A DNA stretch of 64,000 nt from Bacillota bacterium. Its GTDB lineage: Bacteria > Bacillota > Clostridia > Acetivibrionales > Acetivibrionaceae. Made by a program: the position numbers and the translations under genes. Position 1 is the first letter of the stretch. Each line of letters starts with the position of its first letter. The notes under the pieces are model-generated. The model did not search any database, was not told the DNA's origin, and saw only the letters and a list, made by a program, of their open reading frames with translations. Of this stretch, positions 40,683 through 51,111 are shown piece by piece. The DNA is taken from NCBI GenBank assembly GCA_049325575.1, contig JBMOLK010000188.1, positions 2,758 to 66,757 on the forward strand, read 5' to 3'.

Positions 40683-41228
40683 GTGGTTTGGCAAGTGAGC
40701 TTACATGATGGCAGAAGTACAGAAGAGTTTGATGATATACCTAAGGTTCGACCCTGGATAAGGTATTGGGCCAGAGTTATGGATATACTTTTATTTGGCA
40801 TAATTGTTGGCATAATTCAGGTTGTATTCTTTCCGAGGAAAGTTTTTGATGATCCAATGCTGGGAGCAGGACTTCTAATTTTCTGGATCTTTATAGAAGC
40901 AAAGCTGTTATCAACATGGGGAACAACCCCGGGTAAATGGCTCCTTAAAACAAAAGTCAGGGGTTCTGATTCAAATATACTCACTTTCGTAGCTGCCCTA
41001 AAGAGAAGCTTTCTGGTGTGGCTTATAGGTATGGGAATGGGCTTGTTTTCTCTTGTTACAATGATTATCGCTTACTTAAATTTAAGTACCAGGGATATTA
41101 CATCGTGGGACAGGCAATGCGGGTGCAGAGTTATTCATGAGAAAATAGGTTTTGCGAGGGCTGTTGCTGTTGTACTGATAGTGCTTTTGTTTTATTTGTT
41201 GGTTTTTGTCTCGGCAATCATAAGATAA
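40683..41228 (+). CDS. membrane protein, possibly RDD family
   Basis: 3-4 TM helices and an RYWARVMDILLF N-terminal region. Confidence 0.35.
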   Translation: MVWQVSLHDGRSTEEFDDIPKVRPWIRYWARVMDILLFGIIVGIIQVVFFPRKVFDDPMLGAGLLIFWIFIEAKLLSTWGTTPGKWLLKTKVRGSDSNILTFVAALKRSFLVWLIGMGMGLFSLVTMIIAYLNLSTRDITSWDRQCGCRVIHEKIGFARAVAVVLIVLLFYLLVFVSAIIR

Positions 41229-41407
41229 AACAATTAAAACAATATTGACAAATACAGTATATTGTATTTAAAATTAAATAATATAGATATATTACATAGA
41301 AAATTCAAATTACTTAGCCAATGTGAGTAAACTTGTTCTTTCAATTTCTGCTTAATAGTTATGAGATTTAGAAGGGTTTACAATTTTCCACAAAACAAAG
41401 GAGATAA

Positions 41408-42037
41408 GTGATGTTTGAATTATTAAAAACAGCCATAACAGGAGTAAATATTATTCCTACTACACTGTTGGGGTTGGCTGTTTTATACTGGTTGATTGTT
41501 ATTCTAGGGGCAATTGATATTGATTTTCTCGATTTTGATCTGGACGTTGAAGGTGATCCTGTAACGGGTCCTTTTCATGGAATTTTGGCATTTCTGAATG
41601 TGTCCTATCTTCCATTCATGCTTGTGTTCAGTATTATCACTCTTATTTTTTGGGTTTTATCAATGTTGATGCACCTGTTACCAATCGAAACCGGTGGTCT
41701 TATTAGTGGCATTTTGTTTATTCCAAACCTGGTGCTAAGTGTAGTTATTACAGGAGCTGTCACATATCCTCTAAAAGGCTTGTTTAAAGATGCGTATAAG
41801 GCCGGTAACAAAGAGGATAGGATTGAGGGCAAGCTGTGCACCCTTTTGTGCGACCTGACCTTTGGACGCCTTGGGCAGGCTGAAGTAAAGAGAGATGGAG
41901 CCTCTTATGTTATTAATGTGAAGGTAGAGGAAGGCGAAAACCTCAAAAAGGGAGATAAAGCACTGGTAATAAGCAAAGATGTTGAGAAGAGTTTTTATAT
42001 TGTAAAAAAATTTGAAGGAGTGGGGGTAGAAAGATGA
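41408..42037 (+). CDS. NfeD-like membrane protein (C-terminal OB-fold)
   Basis: N-terminal TM helices. The C-terminal segment KLCTLLCDLTFGRLGQAEVKRDGASYVINVKVEEGENLKKGDKALVI resembles an NfeD beta-barrel. The stop overlaps the flotillin start. Confidence 0.6.
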   Translation: MMFELLKTAITGVNIIPTTLLGLAVLYWLIVILGAIDIDFLDFDLDVEGDPVTGPFHGILAFLNVSYLPFMLVFSIITLIFWVLSMLMHLLPIETGGLISGILFIPNLVLSVVITGAVTYPLKGLFKDAYKAGNKEDRIEGKLCTLLCDLTFGRLGQAEVKRDGASYVINVKVEEGENLKKGDKALVISKDVEKSFYIVKKFEGVGVER

Positions 42038-44136
42038 ATTTTCCATTACAAATCACAGTTGCTGCAATAGTAGTTGCCTTTATTTTTATTTTAGGCTTGT
42101 TTGCTATGTTCTCAAAATTTTACCGCAAGGTAGAGCAGGGTAAAGTAATTCTTAGAAACGGTGTGGGAGGCCCCGTTGTTTCTTTTGGTGGTATTATTGT
42201 AATTCCCATACTGCACCATGCAGAAATTATGGATATATCTGTAAAGAGAGTTGAAATTGCAAGAGAAGGTAAGGATGGACTTATTTGTAAGGACAATTTG
42301 AGGGCGGATATTAGGGTTGCATTCTTTGTACGCGTCAACCAGACAAGGGAAGATGTACTGAAGGTTGCACAGCTCCTAGGCTGTCAAAAAGCTTCAGATC
42401 CCGGAACACTTATGGAATTCTTTGATGCCAAGTTTTCTGAGGCATTGAAAACCGTTGGTAAACAATTCGACTTTGTACAGCTCTATACTGAAAGAGAAAA
42501 ATTTAAGTATGAGATTCTTCAGATCATAGGCACTGATCTTAACGGCTATGTTCTTGATGATGCTGCCATTGATTATCTTGAGCAGACTGATATAGGAAAG
42601 CTAAACAGCAATAATATACTTGATGCGGAAGGTATCAAAAAGATTACCGAGCTGACTTCAAAGCAGCTGGTTCTTGCCAATCAAATCGAGCGCGATAAGG
42701 AAAAAACCATAAAGCAGCAGAATATTACCTCCAGAGAGGCAATTTTGGAACTTGAAAAGCAAAACCAGGAAGCGGAAGCCCGTCAAGAAAGGGAGATCGC
42801 AATTATTAGGGCAAGAGAGAAGGCTGAAGCGGATAAGGTAGCACAGGAAGAACGCCTGAAGGCTGAAATGGCACGTATTAAAGCAGATGAAGAAATAGCC
42901 ATTGCAGAGGAAAACAGACAAAGACAGGTAATAGTCGCACAAAAATCAAAAGAGAGTACTGAAGTAGTAGAAGCAGAACGTGTTGATAGAAAACGACTGC
43001 TTGAGAAGACTGAAAAGGAAAAGCTGGTTGAGCTGGCTGAAATTGATAAGCTTAAATCTGTTGAAGAAGAAAAGAAGAATATTCAGACTGTTATCCGTGA
43101 AAGAGTAGCAGTTGAAAAAGACGTTGTAATTGAAGAAGAGAGAATCAAGGATACCAGGGCAATTGCCGAAGCAGAACGTCTAAAGGCAATCGCTTTAAAG
43201 AAGGCTGAAGAGCAGGCTGAAATGAAGCTTATTTTGGATGTTAAGACCGCAGAAGCAGCAAAGCAGGCTTCGGAAAAGCTTGCCGAACAAAGAATAATTG
43301 AAGCGGATGCCAAACTAAAGTCTTCTGAAAAAGAGGCTGAAGCAATTAAGACCATTGTTGACGCCGAGGTGCTACAAGAAGCTACTAAAGGACTTGCAGA
43401 GGCTCGCGTCATCGAAGCAAAAGCAAGTGCTCTTGAAAAAGAAGGGGCTTCAAAGGCTAGAATACTGCAGTCAACCGCTGAAGCTGAAGCCAAGGCAATT
43501 GAGGCGAAGGCTCTTGCTGAAGCTAAGGGTGAGGAAGCAAAGGTTAGTGTTAAGGAAAAAGCCGGAACAGTCGAGGCTGAAATTCTAGCTAAAAAATACC
43601 ATGCCGAGGCTGAAGGTATTGCTCAAAAGGCAAACAGCATGAAAGCTCTTGATGAAGCAGGAAGAATTCATGAAGAGTTTAAGCTTAAGCTTGATAAAGA
43701 GAAGGAAATTGAGCTTGCCAATATTAATATAATGAAGGAAGTTGCAGAGGCACAGGCTTCAGTCATAAGGGAAGCACTGAAGTCTGCAAAAATCGATATT
43801 GTGGGCGGGGAAACAATGTTCTTCGACAAGATCATAGGATCAATATCACAAGGTAAGTCGTTTGACCGTATGATAGGAAGCAGTGATGTGTTAAAGGACA
43901 TAAAAGAGACATTTATTGTTGGTGATCCTGATTATTTTAAAGGTCAGCTTGAGAAATTTGTATCAAGGTTTAATATGACTTCGGAAGACATAAAGAACCT
44001 TACAATTTCCGGAGCAATTCATAAAATGATGCGCAGTGCAAATTCATCGGAAATACCTATGCTTTCAAAGCTTTTGGATGCAGTAGAAAAAGCAGGCTTT
44101 GCCGATGCACCTGCAGCTTCTGTAACAGAAAAATAG
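42034..44136 (+). CDS. flotillin/SPFH (band 7) family protein with extended E/A/K-rich coiled coil
   Basis: N-terminal TM, SPFH domain, then ~350 aa of EA-repeat coiled coil (AEAERLKAIALKKAEEQAE...). Confidence 0.8.
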   Translation: MNFPLQITVAAIVVAFIFILGLFAMFSKFYRKVEQGKVILRNGVGGPVVSFGGIIVIPILHHAEIMDISVKRVEIAREGKDGLICKDNLRADIRVAFFVRVNQTREDVLKVAQLLGCQKASDPGTLMEFFDAKFSEALKTVGKQFDFVQLYTEREKFKYEILQIIGTDLNGYVLDDAAIDYLEQTDIGKLNSNNILDAEGIKKITELTSKQLVLANQIERDKEKTIKQQNITSREAILELEKQNQEAEARQEREIAIIRAREKAEADKVAQEERLKAEMARIKADEEIAIAEENRQRQVIVAQKSKESTEVVEAERVDRKRLLEKTEKEKLVELAEIDKLKSVEEEKKNIQTVIRERVAVEKDVVIEEERIKDTRAIAEAERLKAIALKKAEEQAEMKLILDVKTAEAAKQASEKLAEQRIIEADAKLKSSEKEAEAIKTIVDAEVLQEATKGLAEARVIEAKASALEKEGASKARILQSTAEAEAKAIEAKALAEAKGEEAKVSVKEKAGTVEAEILAKKYHAEAEGIAQKANSMKALDEAGRIHEEFKLKLDKEKEIELANINIMKEVAEAQASVIREALKSAKIDIVGGETMFFDKIIGSISQGKSFDRMIGSSDVLKDIKETFIVGDPDYFKGQLEKFVSRFNMTSEDIKNLTISGAIHKMMRSANSSEIPMLSKLLDAVEKAGFADAPAASVTEK

Positions 44137-44308
44137 TAAATGATGAAACAGGGTGCACATCCTTTTTTGCCCCAAGTTGTGTAGAGAGCTTTGAAACTTA
44201 AGTTCTTGGAACAATCTGGGGCATATATGAAAAATGCACCAGGTAAAATAAAAAGGGTCAATAATGTTTGCGCTATCCCTTAAAGGAAAAGATGAGGTGT
44301 AAATAGCT

Positions 44309-47300
44309 GTGGATGAAATAAAGACGGAACAGACCGAACAAAAATCTGCACATTTGGACAGTGGCGCATATGAGGTTATAAAAAACAGGTTAATCAAGCA
44401 TGGTAATGACCTTAAAGAGCGCCTTGATAAATTAAACACTGCCAGAAAGAATGTTTTTGGTTCAATAGAAACAACCCTTTTAGGAAGCGAACGGATTATT
44501 ACAGAAAACAACTGTATCCCACGAGATATGGCTCCCGTGGGAACTTCCTTTATTTTTGGGTATAATGTATATATGGGGCTTAAGTCTAAAATAGATCTTG
44601 AGGATGTTTTTTCCATATATGAGTTTAAGGATCATGCTTTCCAGAAGCTCTCTTTATCACTCATAGAAGATGGTCAGTTTAAGACTGATTTCAATGAGCT
44701 GTATACCTATTATAAAAACACTTTTTTCGCAAAATTCTCTGTAATCGGGCCGTATCTTTACATGATATTCCAAATCGGAAAAAATGCATCCGATATCAAA
44801 GCCTTCAAGTGGATTATTGAAGATGGAAAGCTTAGATACATCGATAACAGAAGTGACCATGAGGTAAGGTTTACAGCCCGGCAGGAATTTGGCTGGGTCA
44901 GGGTCAGAAGGGAAGACCACAGAGATGGACTGCATCCTCATGTCTCTATCCTGGATAAGGTCTTTGTTGAGACTATAGGCGGAGACCTTACCATAAAGGT
45001 TGAGGATAACACCGATACCGGGAAGGGAATCTACTCTGAAGAAGTAGAGGATAAGGATCAAACCCTGGATGATGCGGAGATGTTGTATGCGGTGGTAGGG
45101 CATATAATCCTGCTTAAGATCCGTCCCTACAAGGAAAAAAGATATCGCCACTTTATTTTTAATGAGAAGCTTAAGAATGTTGTCCGTATTGATGCCATAG
45201 AAGATGCATGTGTGCTGCTGCCGGATGATCACGGCCTTATTTTTCCCAAAGGCTATTATTTAAAAAGCGGAGAATATAAATTGTTCGATGTTCCGGTTGA
45301 GACATGCATTTTTGAGCAAAGGATCGAGTCTCCAAACGGTGAAGATTATCAGTACTTTTTCTATAATATAGAGAGCGGAATTTATCTTATTTATTCATAC
45401 AATGTGATTGAACAGACACTGGAAACACCCATTGTTTGTAACGGTTATTCCCATTTTAAAAACGGTGAAATGATTGTTTTCAGGCAGGAGAATGAGCCCA
45501 GGAAGAACCATATGATCCAGATATGGCAGACTCCTTATGTAGGGAAAAATCATGTAACCGAAACAAAAAACGACTCTATCCTTTTTAAGATAGGAAACAA
45601 GGATATTGTCCGCTCCATGGCAGACTGCAAAGTGGTGTACAACCTGATACAAAAGGGAGAGAGCTATGCAGACATCTATGTGGATATTGTAAAAGAAGCG
45701 GACCAAATTATTGATTCCTATTTCTGGCTAAGCAAGGAAGAGGCCTTTGATTTAAAAAGCGTTCTTGTGAATATAAGAGAAGCTTCAGCTTCTGCTGTAG
45801 CAGAGTTTGAAAAAGTTACAAGAATCAAAACTGCAACTTTAAAACAAATTAATGACGTGGATGAGAAAGCTCAAAAGCTGTTAAAGGATATTGAATATGG
45901 AAATTTCAACAGCATCAGTGAATATGTTGGAGTTTTGGCAAACTTGAGAATTCTAAGGGGAGAGGTTGCCTCGTTAAAAGACTTGAGGTATACAAATCTT
46001 CCTATGGTTGAATCACTGGAAGCTAAGGTTAAGGAAAAAAACGAGCTGTTCTCCCAAAGATGTGTGGAGTTTTTACTGCATCCCGATGGTTTGAAGCCCT
46101 ATATGGAAAGGGTAAAGGAGCATGAGCAGGCAATTGCCCAGGTAAGTAAGGCATCAATAGGTAAAGAGCTTTCAGATGGCATGTCCAAAACTTCTTCAGA
46201 TCTTGAGCTGTTGATTGATATTGTAAGTAATTTCAAGATAGAGGATGCTACTAAAACAACGGAGATTATTGAAAATATTTCTCTTATATATTCACAATTA
46301 AATGGAGCCAAAGCAAAGCTCAAAACCCGTATGGATGAGCTTTCACAAAAGGAGGGAGCAGCCCAGTTTAACTCCCAGGTGAAGCTTTTGGACCAGGCGG
46401 TAGTCAATTATCTCGATATATCGGATTCTATAGAAAAGTGTGAACAATACCTAAGTAAGGTAATGGTTCAAATTGAGGAATTGGAAGGAAAGTTCGCAGA
46501 TTTTGAGGAGTATGTCTTAAAACTTTCGGAAAAGCGAGAAGAGCTTTACAACGCTTTTGAGACCAAAAAGCAGGCACTTCTGGAAAAACAAAATAAAAAG
46601 CTGACAGCTCTGGCAGGTGCATCCGACCGTATTTTAAAGGGGATTGTAAACAGGCTGCAGGGCTTTAACACTATAGATGAGATCAATGGCTATTTTGCCA
46701 CTGATATTATGATAGAAAAGGTCAGAGATATTGTAGACCAGCTTACTGCTTTAGGTGACAGTGTAAAGGCTGATGAGCTTGAGGGCAGGCTTAAAACCAT
46801 AAAAGAGGATGCGGTACGTCAGCTAAAGGATAAACAAGACCTTTTTGTAGGCGGAAAAAATGTTATAAAGTTTGGAAACCATTATTTTTCTGTAAATACC
46901 AAGCAGCTTGACCTTTCAATGGTACAAAAGGATGATGAGCTATACTTTCATATTTCAGGAACGGATTTTTGGGAAAAGGCAGAATCAGATAAATTAAACC
47001 GGTTCCGTCATGTATGGGATCAGGAGATTCCATCGGAGAACAGGGAGGTTTACCGGGCCCAGTATCTTGCTTATAAGATATTTGAAGCTTCACAGAATAA
47101 AGAAGCAGATAGTGTTGAAGTACTCTTAACGTACCCGGATGAACAGCTGCTTTTATTTATACAAAAGTTTATGGAATCCCGCTACCAGGAGGGCTATACC
47201 AAGGGAGTACATGATGTTGACTGTCATAAGATACTAAAAGCTCTTATGAATTTGTATAAAAGTATTGATCTTTTGATTTACAGTTCTTCCGCAAGGGCCC

Positions 47301-49270
47301 TGGCACAGCTTTACTGGTGCCGCTTTGCAAGAGAGGAAATGAAGGAAACCCTGGGCACTAGATTAAGAGAACTTTCAAAAATCTCAATGTATTTTAAAAC
47401 CAAACCGGACTTAAAGGATTATATACCTGCAGTAAAGGCTTCCATAGAGGAAGCCATACCGGGTATCCCGTTTTTTGATAGAAAATTTGTTCCTGAAGCT
47501 GCAGAATACCTATGCAGCGAATTAATGAGGGGAGATACCTTTGTAATAAGTCTTGAGGCCCAGGAGATTTATCTTAAGTTTATTAGTCATCTTAAAGAGA
47601 AGAAAGCCCTTGAGTTCTTTAACGAATCACTTAAGGCTGTCTCTAAGGACCTGGAGGGCTCATTCTACCTTATCCGCGAGTGGTTATTTGCACTTTTTGA
47701 TGAACTAGGGTTAAAGAACCGGTTTGATGTAATTGATGAAGTAATTATAATGATTATGCTAAACAGCTATAACAGCAAGCAGGTAGTAGAGACAAGGACA
47801 AAGCTTAATGTTACAGGCCTTGGCGGAAATCATCCTAATATTAAAAACGGGGAATTTACCGCCTCTTATACAGAGTTCATAGAAAGGCTTAAAAATTATG
47901 ACAGTACTATAGTTAGAGACTTTATAGAGTTTCAGGCCTTAAAGAAAGAGCTTACACAAAACTTACGGGAAGAGCTTAGGCTTGATGAATTCAAACCGGG
48001 TGTGCTGTCGTCCTTTGTAAGAAACAAGCTTATAGATAAGGTTTATCTTCCGCTTATTGGAGACAATCTTGCCAAGCAGATAGGAGTGGCAGGTGAGAAC
48101 AAGAGGACCGACCTGATGGGAATGCTTTTGCTGATTTCTCCTCCGGGGTATGGAAAAACGACTCTTATGGAGTATATTGCAAGCCGTCTTGGCATTACCA
48201 TGATAAAAATAAACGGACCTGCCCTAGGCCACGAAGTCACTTCATTAGACCCTACCATGGCTAAGAATGCAAGTGCAAAGGAGGAGCTAAGGAAGCTGAA
48301 CCTGGCTTTTAAAATGGGAAACAACGTTATGATTTATGTTGATGATATTCAACACTGCAACCCAGAGTTCTTACAGAAGTTTATTCCTCTATGTGACGGG
48401 CAGAGAAAGATAGAAGGCGTATATAAAGGGGTTGGTCAGACCTATGACCTAAGGGGAAAGAAGGTTGCGGTTGTAATGGCAGGAAACCCTTATACCGAAA
48501 GCGGTGAGAAGTTTAAGATCCCTGACATGCTTTCCAACAGGGCGGATGTTTACAACCTGGGAGATATGCTAAAAGAAAATAAGGAAGCCTTTATGCTAAG
48601 TTATATTGAAAACTGTATAACGTCCAATCCAGTTTTAAGTAAGCTTTCAAACAAGAGCCAGAAAGATATCTATACCTTTATTGAAATTGCGGAGAGAGGG
48701 GAAAGGGATGGACTAAACTTTGAAGGCAATTACTCTATCGAAGAGATAAATGAATTTGTTGAGGTAATAAAAAAGCTTATAAGGATTCGGGATATTGTAT
48801 TAAAAATAAACATGGAATACATTCATTCTGCCGCTCAAGCCGATGAGTACAGGAAAGAACCTCCCTTTAAGCTTCAAGGCTCTTATAGGAATATGAATAA
48901 AATTGCTGAAAGAATAGTGCCTGTTATGAACGACCAGGAGCTTTCAGAGCTTGTCCTGGGTGTTTATGAAAATGATGCCCAGACCTTGACAACAGGTACA
49001 GAGGCAAATATGCTCAAGTGGAAAGAGATCGCGGGCTGTCTTAGTGAGAAGGAGAGCTTACGCTGGGAAGAAATAAAGGTCCTGTTTAACAAGAATAAAC
49101 TTGTAAAAGGTGACGATAAAATAGGTCAGGCAGTTTTAATGTTAAGCGACTTTGGTTCATCCCTAAAAGACCTGGTTGATGTAATGACCAAGATAAAAGA
49201 AACCCACAGTCTTGGAGTTGACAAATTTGTTGAACGCTTGTCACAGGTTAATAAAAAAAGTGAAAAATAG
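44309..49270 (+). CDS. 1653-aa uncharacterized protein: N-terminal globular region, long central coiled coil, C-terminal AAA+ (MoxR/AAA_5-like) ATPase
   Basis: Walker A LLLISPPGYGKTTL (~48.13 kb), Walker B VMIYVDDIQH, and an AGNPYTE...IPDMLSNRADV sensor region. Heptad-rich E/K segments span 45.7-46.9 kb. Confidence 0.5.
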   Translation: MDEIKTEQTEQKSAHLDSGAYEVIKNRLIKHGNDLKERLDKLNTARKNVFGSIETTLLGSERIITENNCIPRDMAPVGTSFIFGYNVYMGLKSKIDLEDVFSIYEFKDHAFQKLSLSLIEDGQFKTDFNELYTYYKNTFFAKFSVIGPYLYMIFQIGKNASDIKAFKWIIEDGKLRYIDNRSDHEVRFTARQEFGWVRVRREDHRDGLHPHVSILDKVFVETIGGDLTIKVEDNTDTGKGIYSEEVEDKDQTLDDAEMLYAVVGHIILLKIRPYKEKRYRHFIFNEKLKNVVRIDAIEDACVLLPDDHGLIFPKGYYLKSGEYKLFDVPVETCIFEQRIESPNGEDYQYFFYNIESGIYLIYSYNVIEQTLETPIVCNGYSHFKNGEMIVFRQENEPRKNHMIQIWQTPYVGKNHVTETKNDSILFKIGNKDIVRSMADCKVVYNLIQKGESYADIYVDIVKEADQIIDSYFWLSKEEAFDLKSVLVNIREASASAVAEFEKVTRIKTATLKQINDVDEKAQKLLKDIEYGNFNSISEYVGVLANLRILRGEVASLKDLRYTNLPMVESLEAKVKEKNELFSQRCVEFLLHPDGLKPYMERVKEHEQAIAQVSKASIGKELSDGMSKTSSDLELLIDIVSNFKIEDATKTTEIIENISLIYSQLNGAKAKLKTRMDELSQKEGAAQFNSQVKLLDQAVVNYLDISDSIEKCEQYLSKVMVQIEELEGKFADFEEYVLKLSEKREELYNAFETKKQALLEKQNKKLTALAGASDRILKGIVNRLQGFNTIDEINGYFATDIMIEKVRDIVDQLTALGDSVKADELEGRLKTIKEDAVRQLKDKQDLFVGGKNVIKFGNHYFSVNTKQLDLSMVQKDDELYFHISGTDFWEKAESDKLNRFRHVWDQEIPSENREVYRAQYLAYKIFEASQNKEADSVEVLLTYPDEQLLLFIQKFMESRYQEGYTKGVHDVDCHKILKALMNLYKSIDLLIYSSSARALAQLYWCRFAREEMKETLGTRLRELSKISMYFKTKPDLKDYIPAVKASIEEAIPGIPFFDRKFVPEAAEYLCSELMRGDTFVISLEAQEIYLKFISHLKEKKALEFFNESLKAVSKDLEGSFYLIREWLFALFDELGLKNRFDVIDEVIIMIMLNSYNSKQVVETRTKLNVTGLGGNHPNIKNGEFTASYTEFIERLKNYDSTIVRDFIEFQALKKELTQNLREELRLDEFKPGVLSSFVRNKLIDKVYLPLIGDNLAKQIGVAGENKRTDLMGMLLLISPPGYGKTTLMEYIASRLGITMIKINGPALGHEVTSLDPTMAKNASAKEELRKLNLAFKMGNNVMIYVDDIQHCNPEFLQKFIPLCDGQRKIEGVYKGVGQTYDLRGKKVAVVMAGNPYTESGEKFKIPDMLSNRADVYNLGDMLKENKEAFMLSYIENCITSNPVLSKLSNKSQKDIYTFIEIAERGERDGLNFEGNYSIEEINEFVEVIKKLIRIRDIVLKINMEYIHSAAQADEYRKEPPFKLQGSYRNMNKIAERIVPVMNDQELSELVLGVYENDAQTLTTGTEANMLKWKEIAGCLSEKESLRWEEIKVLFNKNKLVKGDDKIGQAVLMLSDFGSSLKDLVDVMTKIKETHSLGVDKFVERLSQVNKKSEK

Positions 49271-49294
49271 TTTTATACCGAAAATTTGCTGTTT

Positions 49295-49350
49295 AAAAAA
49301 AAGATGCATTGAACACACAAGTCATGATAAGTGCTCGATGCATCTTTTTT
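49295..49350. terminator. bidirectional terminator between convergent genes
   Basis: Perfect 13-bp stem AAAAAAGATGCAT/ATGCATCTTTTTT with A-run and T-run flanks. Confidence 0.7.
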
Positions 49351-49366
49351 ACGTATATTTTATAAA

Positions 49367-49576
49367 CTACCATGATCCAGAGTACTGTTTTCTCGGAATG
49401 ATAAACCAGCATATAAAGTAAGCCAGAATTGAACTTCCAGCGAAAAAGGCAAATAATACCCAAATAATTCTTACTATTGTGGTATCAATACCAAAATACT
49501 CACCGAGGCCGCCGCAAACGCCTCCTATTTTTTTGTCTGTATCCGAAAGGTATAGTTTTTTCTCCATTATAAACAC
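49367..49576 (-). CDS. PspC-domain membrane protein
   Basis: [33 protein letters not shown] followed by a TM helix. Confidence 0.7.
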   Translation of the reverse strand: MFIMEKKLYLSDTDKKIGGVCGGLGEYFGIDTTIVRIIWVLFAFFAGSSILAYFICWFIIPRKQYSGSW

Positions 49577-49823
49577 TCCAATCCATGTGATTTTATAAAT
49601 ATATACGGCTAAGTCCGATTATTTGTCTGACTAAATTCGATAAAAATCAGGGCGTTTTAATTTTTATAAAGGTAACTTTAGCTGTTTTAGTTTTATATAC
49701 TAAAGATAGAAAGAATACTTTAACATTATTTTGCAATAACCTTGATTTGAGAGTTATATACTGGTAAAATATTTAAATGAATTTTATAAGGGTGTGAGTT
49801 TTTTAGGAGGAAAGAGAAGTTAA

Positions 49824-50990
49824 ATGAAATTTAAAAGCTTTGTCGTACTGGCTTTAATATTAACTATGCAGATTCTGCCACTGAATGCTTTTGGGTTATA
49901 CAATAAAACCTATAGATTAGAGGATTTAAAAACTGATTGTATTCCGATAATAGAACTTGTAAGTGATAGTGGGGGAAATATTGAATGGGATTTGGAAAAT
50001 ATAATAGCAAAGGTATCTTTAGAAGAAGTTACATATGGGTTCAAAATAAATACTGATCATACAGTAGACCTCTTAAAAGAAGGTGTCAACTACGGAAAGT
50101 TTGATACCGAGGACGCAAGATATGTCATGGAGTTTCAAGACGGGAGGCTAAATGCTGGTTTGTATATAAATAGAAGCTCCTTTAACAGGTGTTTTGATAA
50201 ACTTAATAAAGGGACTTATACAAAGAATGACTTTTTTAGAGCCGGTGACGAAAGATTGTCCGATTTGGCCAAAAGTATCATTGTAGATATTGAAAATCAG
50301 TATGGCAACCTTACTGGTAATGTTGTTCCAAGAGCAGAAGCGGAGCTTGTAAGAACACTTGATAAGGCTGTGAAAAAACATAAAATCAGAGGACCCGGAA
50401 ACAAATATAATATTAAGACAACATTACATACCATTATGAGTTTACAGAAGGATATAGACTACTACAGTAAAACCACCGGAATTCCGCGGGAGATGGTAAG
50501 CTCAATATTATTCAGGGAAATGATGTGTATTGGAATTGATGATGTTTTTGATGGTATCAATTCTGATAAGAATACAAAGGGCATTGGGCAGCTAAGCGTC
50601 GCAGGCGTTAGAATTAATGAAAACAAGATAGAAGAGCTTTCGCAAGGCAGAAGGCCTGCAAAATTCAAAAATATAAAGGACTATCAATTAAACAAGATGT
50701 TACTGGACCCTGGTGATTGTGTATACTTTACATCTAGTCAGCTTAAGGCAAGGGCAATGGAATATGCGGGGTTTGCATATGAAGAGGAAATTGACATATA
50801 TGATGAAAACAGTATTAAAATGATTTTGGCAGAGTATAATCAGGCTGACGGAAAAGCTATATTTAATTTGCCGGACATATACAACTTTTATAAAGACAAG
50901 ATTACTTACGGTGAACAGGTTTATGAATATTACAAGGCCTTCCGGGAGTATTACAGGGTTGTAAGTGCAAATAAGGTGGTGGACACCTAA
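49824..50990 (+). CDS. secreted hypothetical protein (signal peptide)
   Basis: MKFKSFVVLALILTMQILPLNAFG signal, with no confident domain. Confidence 0.35.
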   Translation: MKFKSFVVLALILTMQILPLNAFGLYNKTYRLEDLKTDCIPIIELVSDSGGNIEWDLENIIAKVSLEEVTYGFKINTDHTVDLLKEGVNYGKFDTEDARYVMEFQDGRLNAGLYINRSSFNRCFDKLNKGTYTKNDFFRAGDERLSDLAKSIIVDIENQYGNLTGNVVPRAEAELVRTLDKAVKKHKIRGPGNKYNIKTTLHTIMSLQKDIDYYSKTTGIPREMVSSILFREMMCIGIDDVFDGINSDKNTKGIGQLSVAGVRINENKIEELSQGRRPAKFKNIKDYQLNKMLLDPGDCVYFTSSQLKARAMEYAGFAYEEEIDIYDENSIKMILAEYNQADGKAIFNLPDIYNFYKDKITYGEQVYEYYKAFREYYRVVSANKVVDT

Positions 50991-51111
50991 AGTACTTTAT
51001 TTCTTTTAGATAAAGGCAAATATGAAATGTCATTATAAAAAGTGTAAAAGAAATCTGGCTTTATTACGATATAGTGATAAGGATAGTATAGAAAGGGGTG
51101 TATTGCTATAG

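Noticed and set aside
44137-44308. Possible terminator after the flotillin gene (GGTGCACATCCTTTTTT)
   Set aside because: The stem is poor (only a GTGCAC palindrome), and the giant ORF more likely continues the same transcript.
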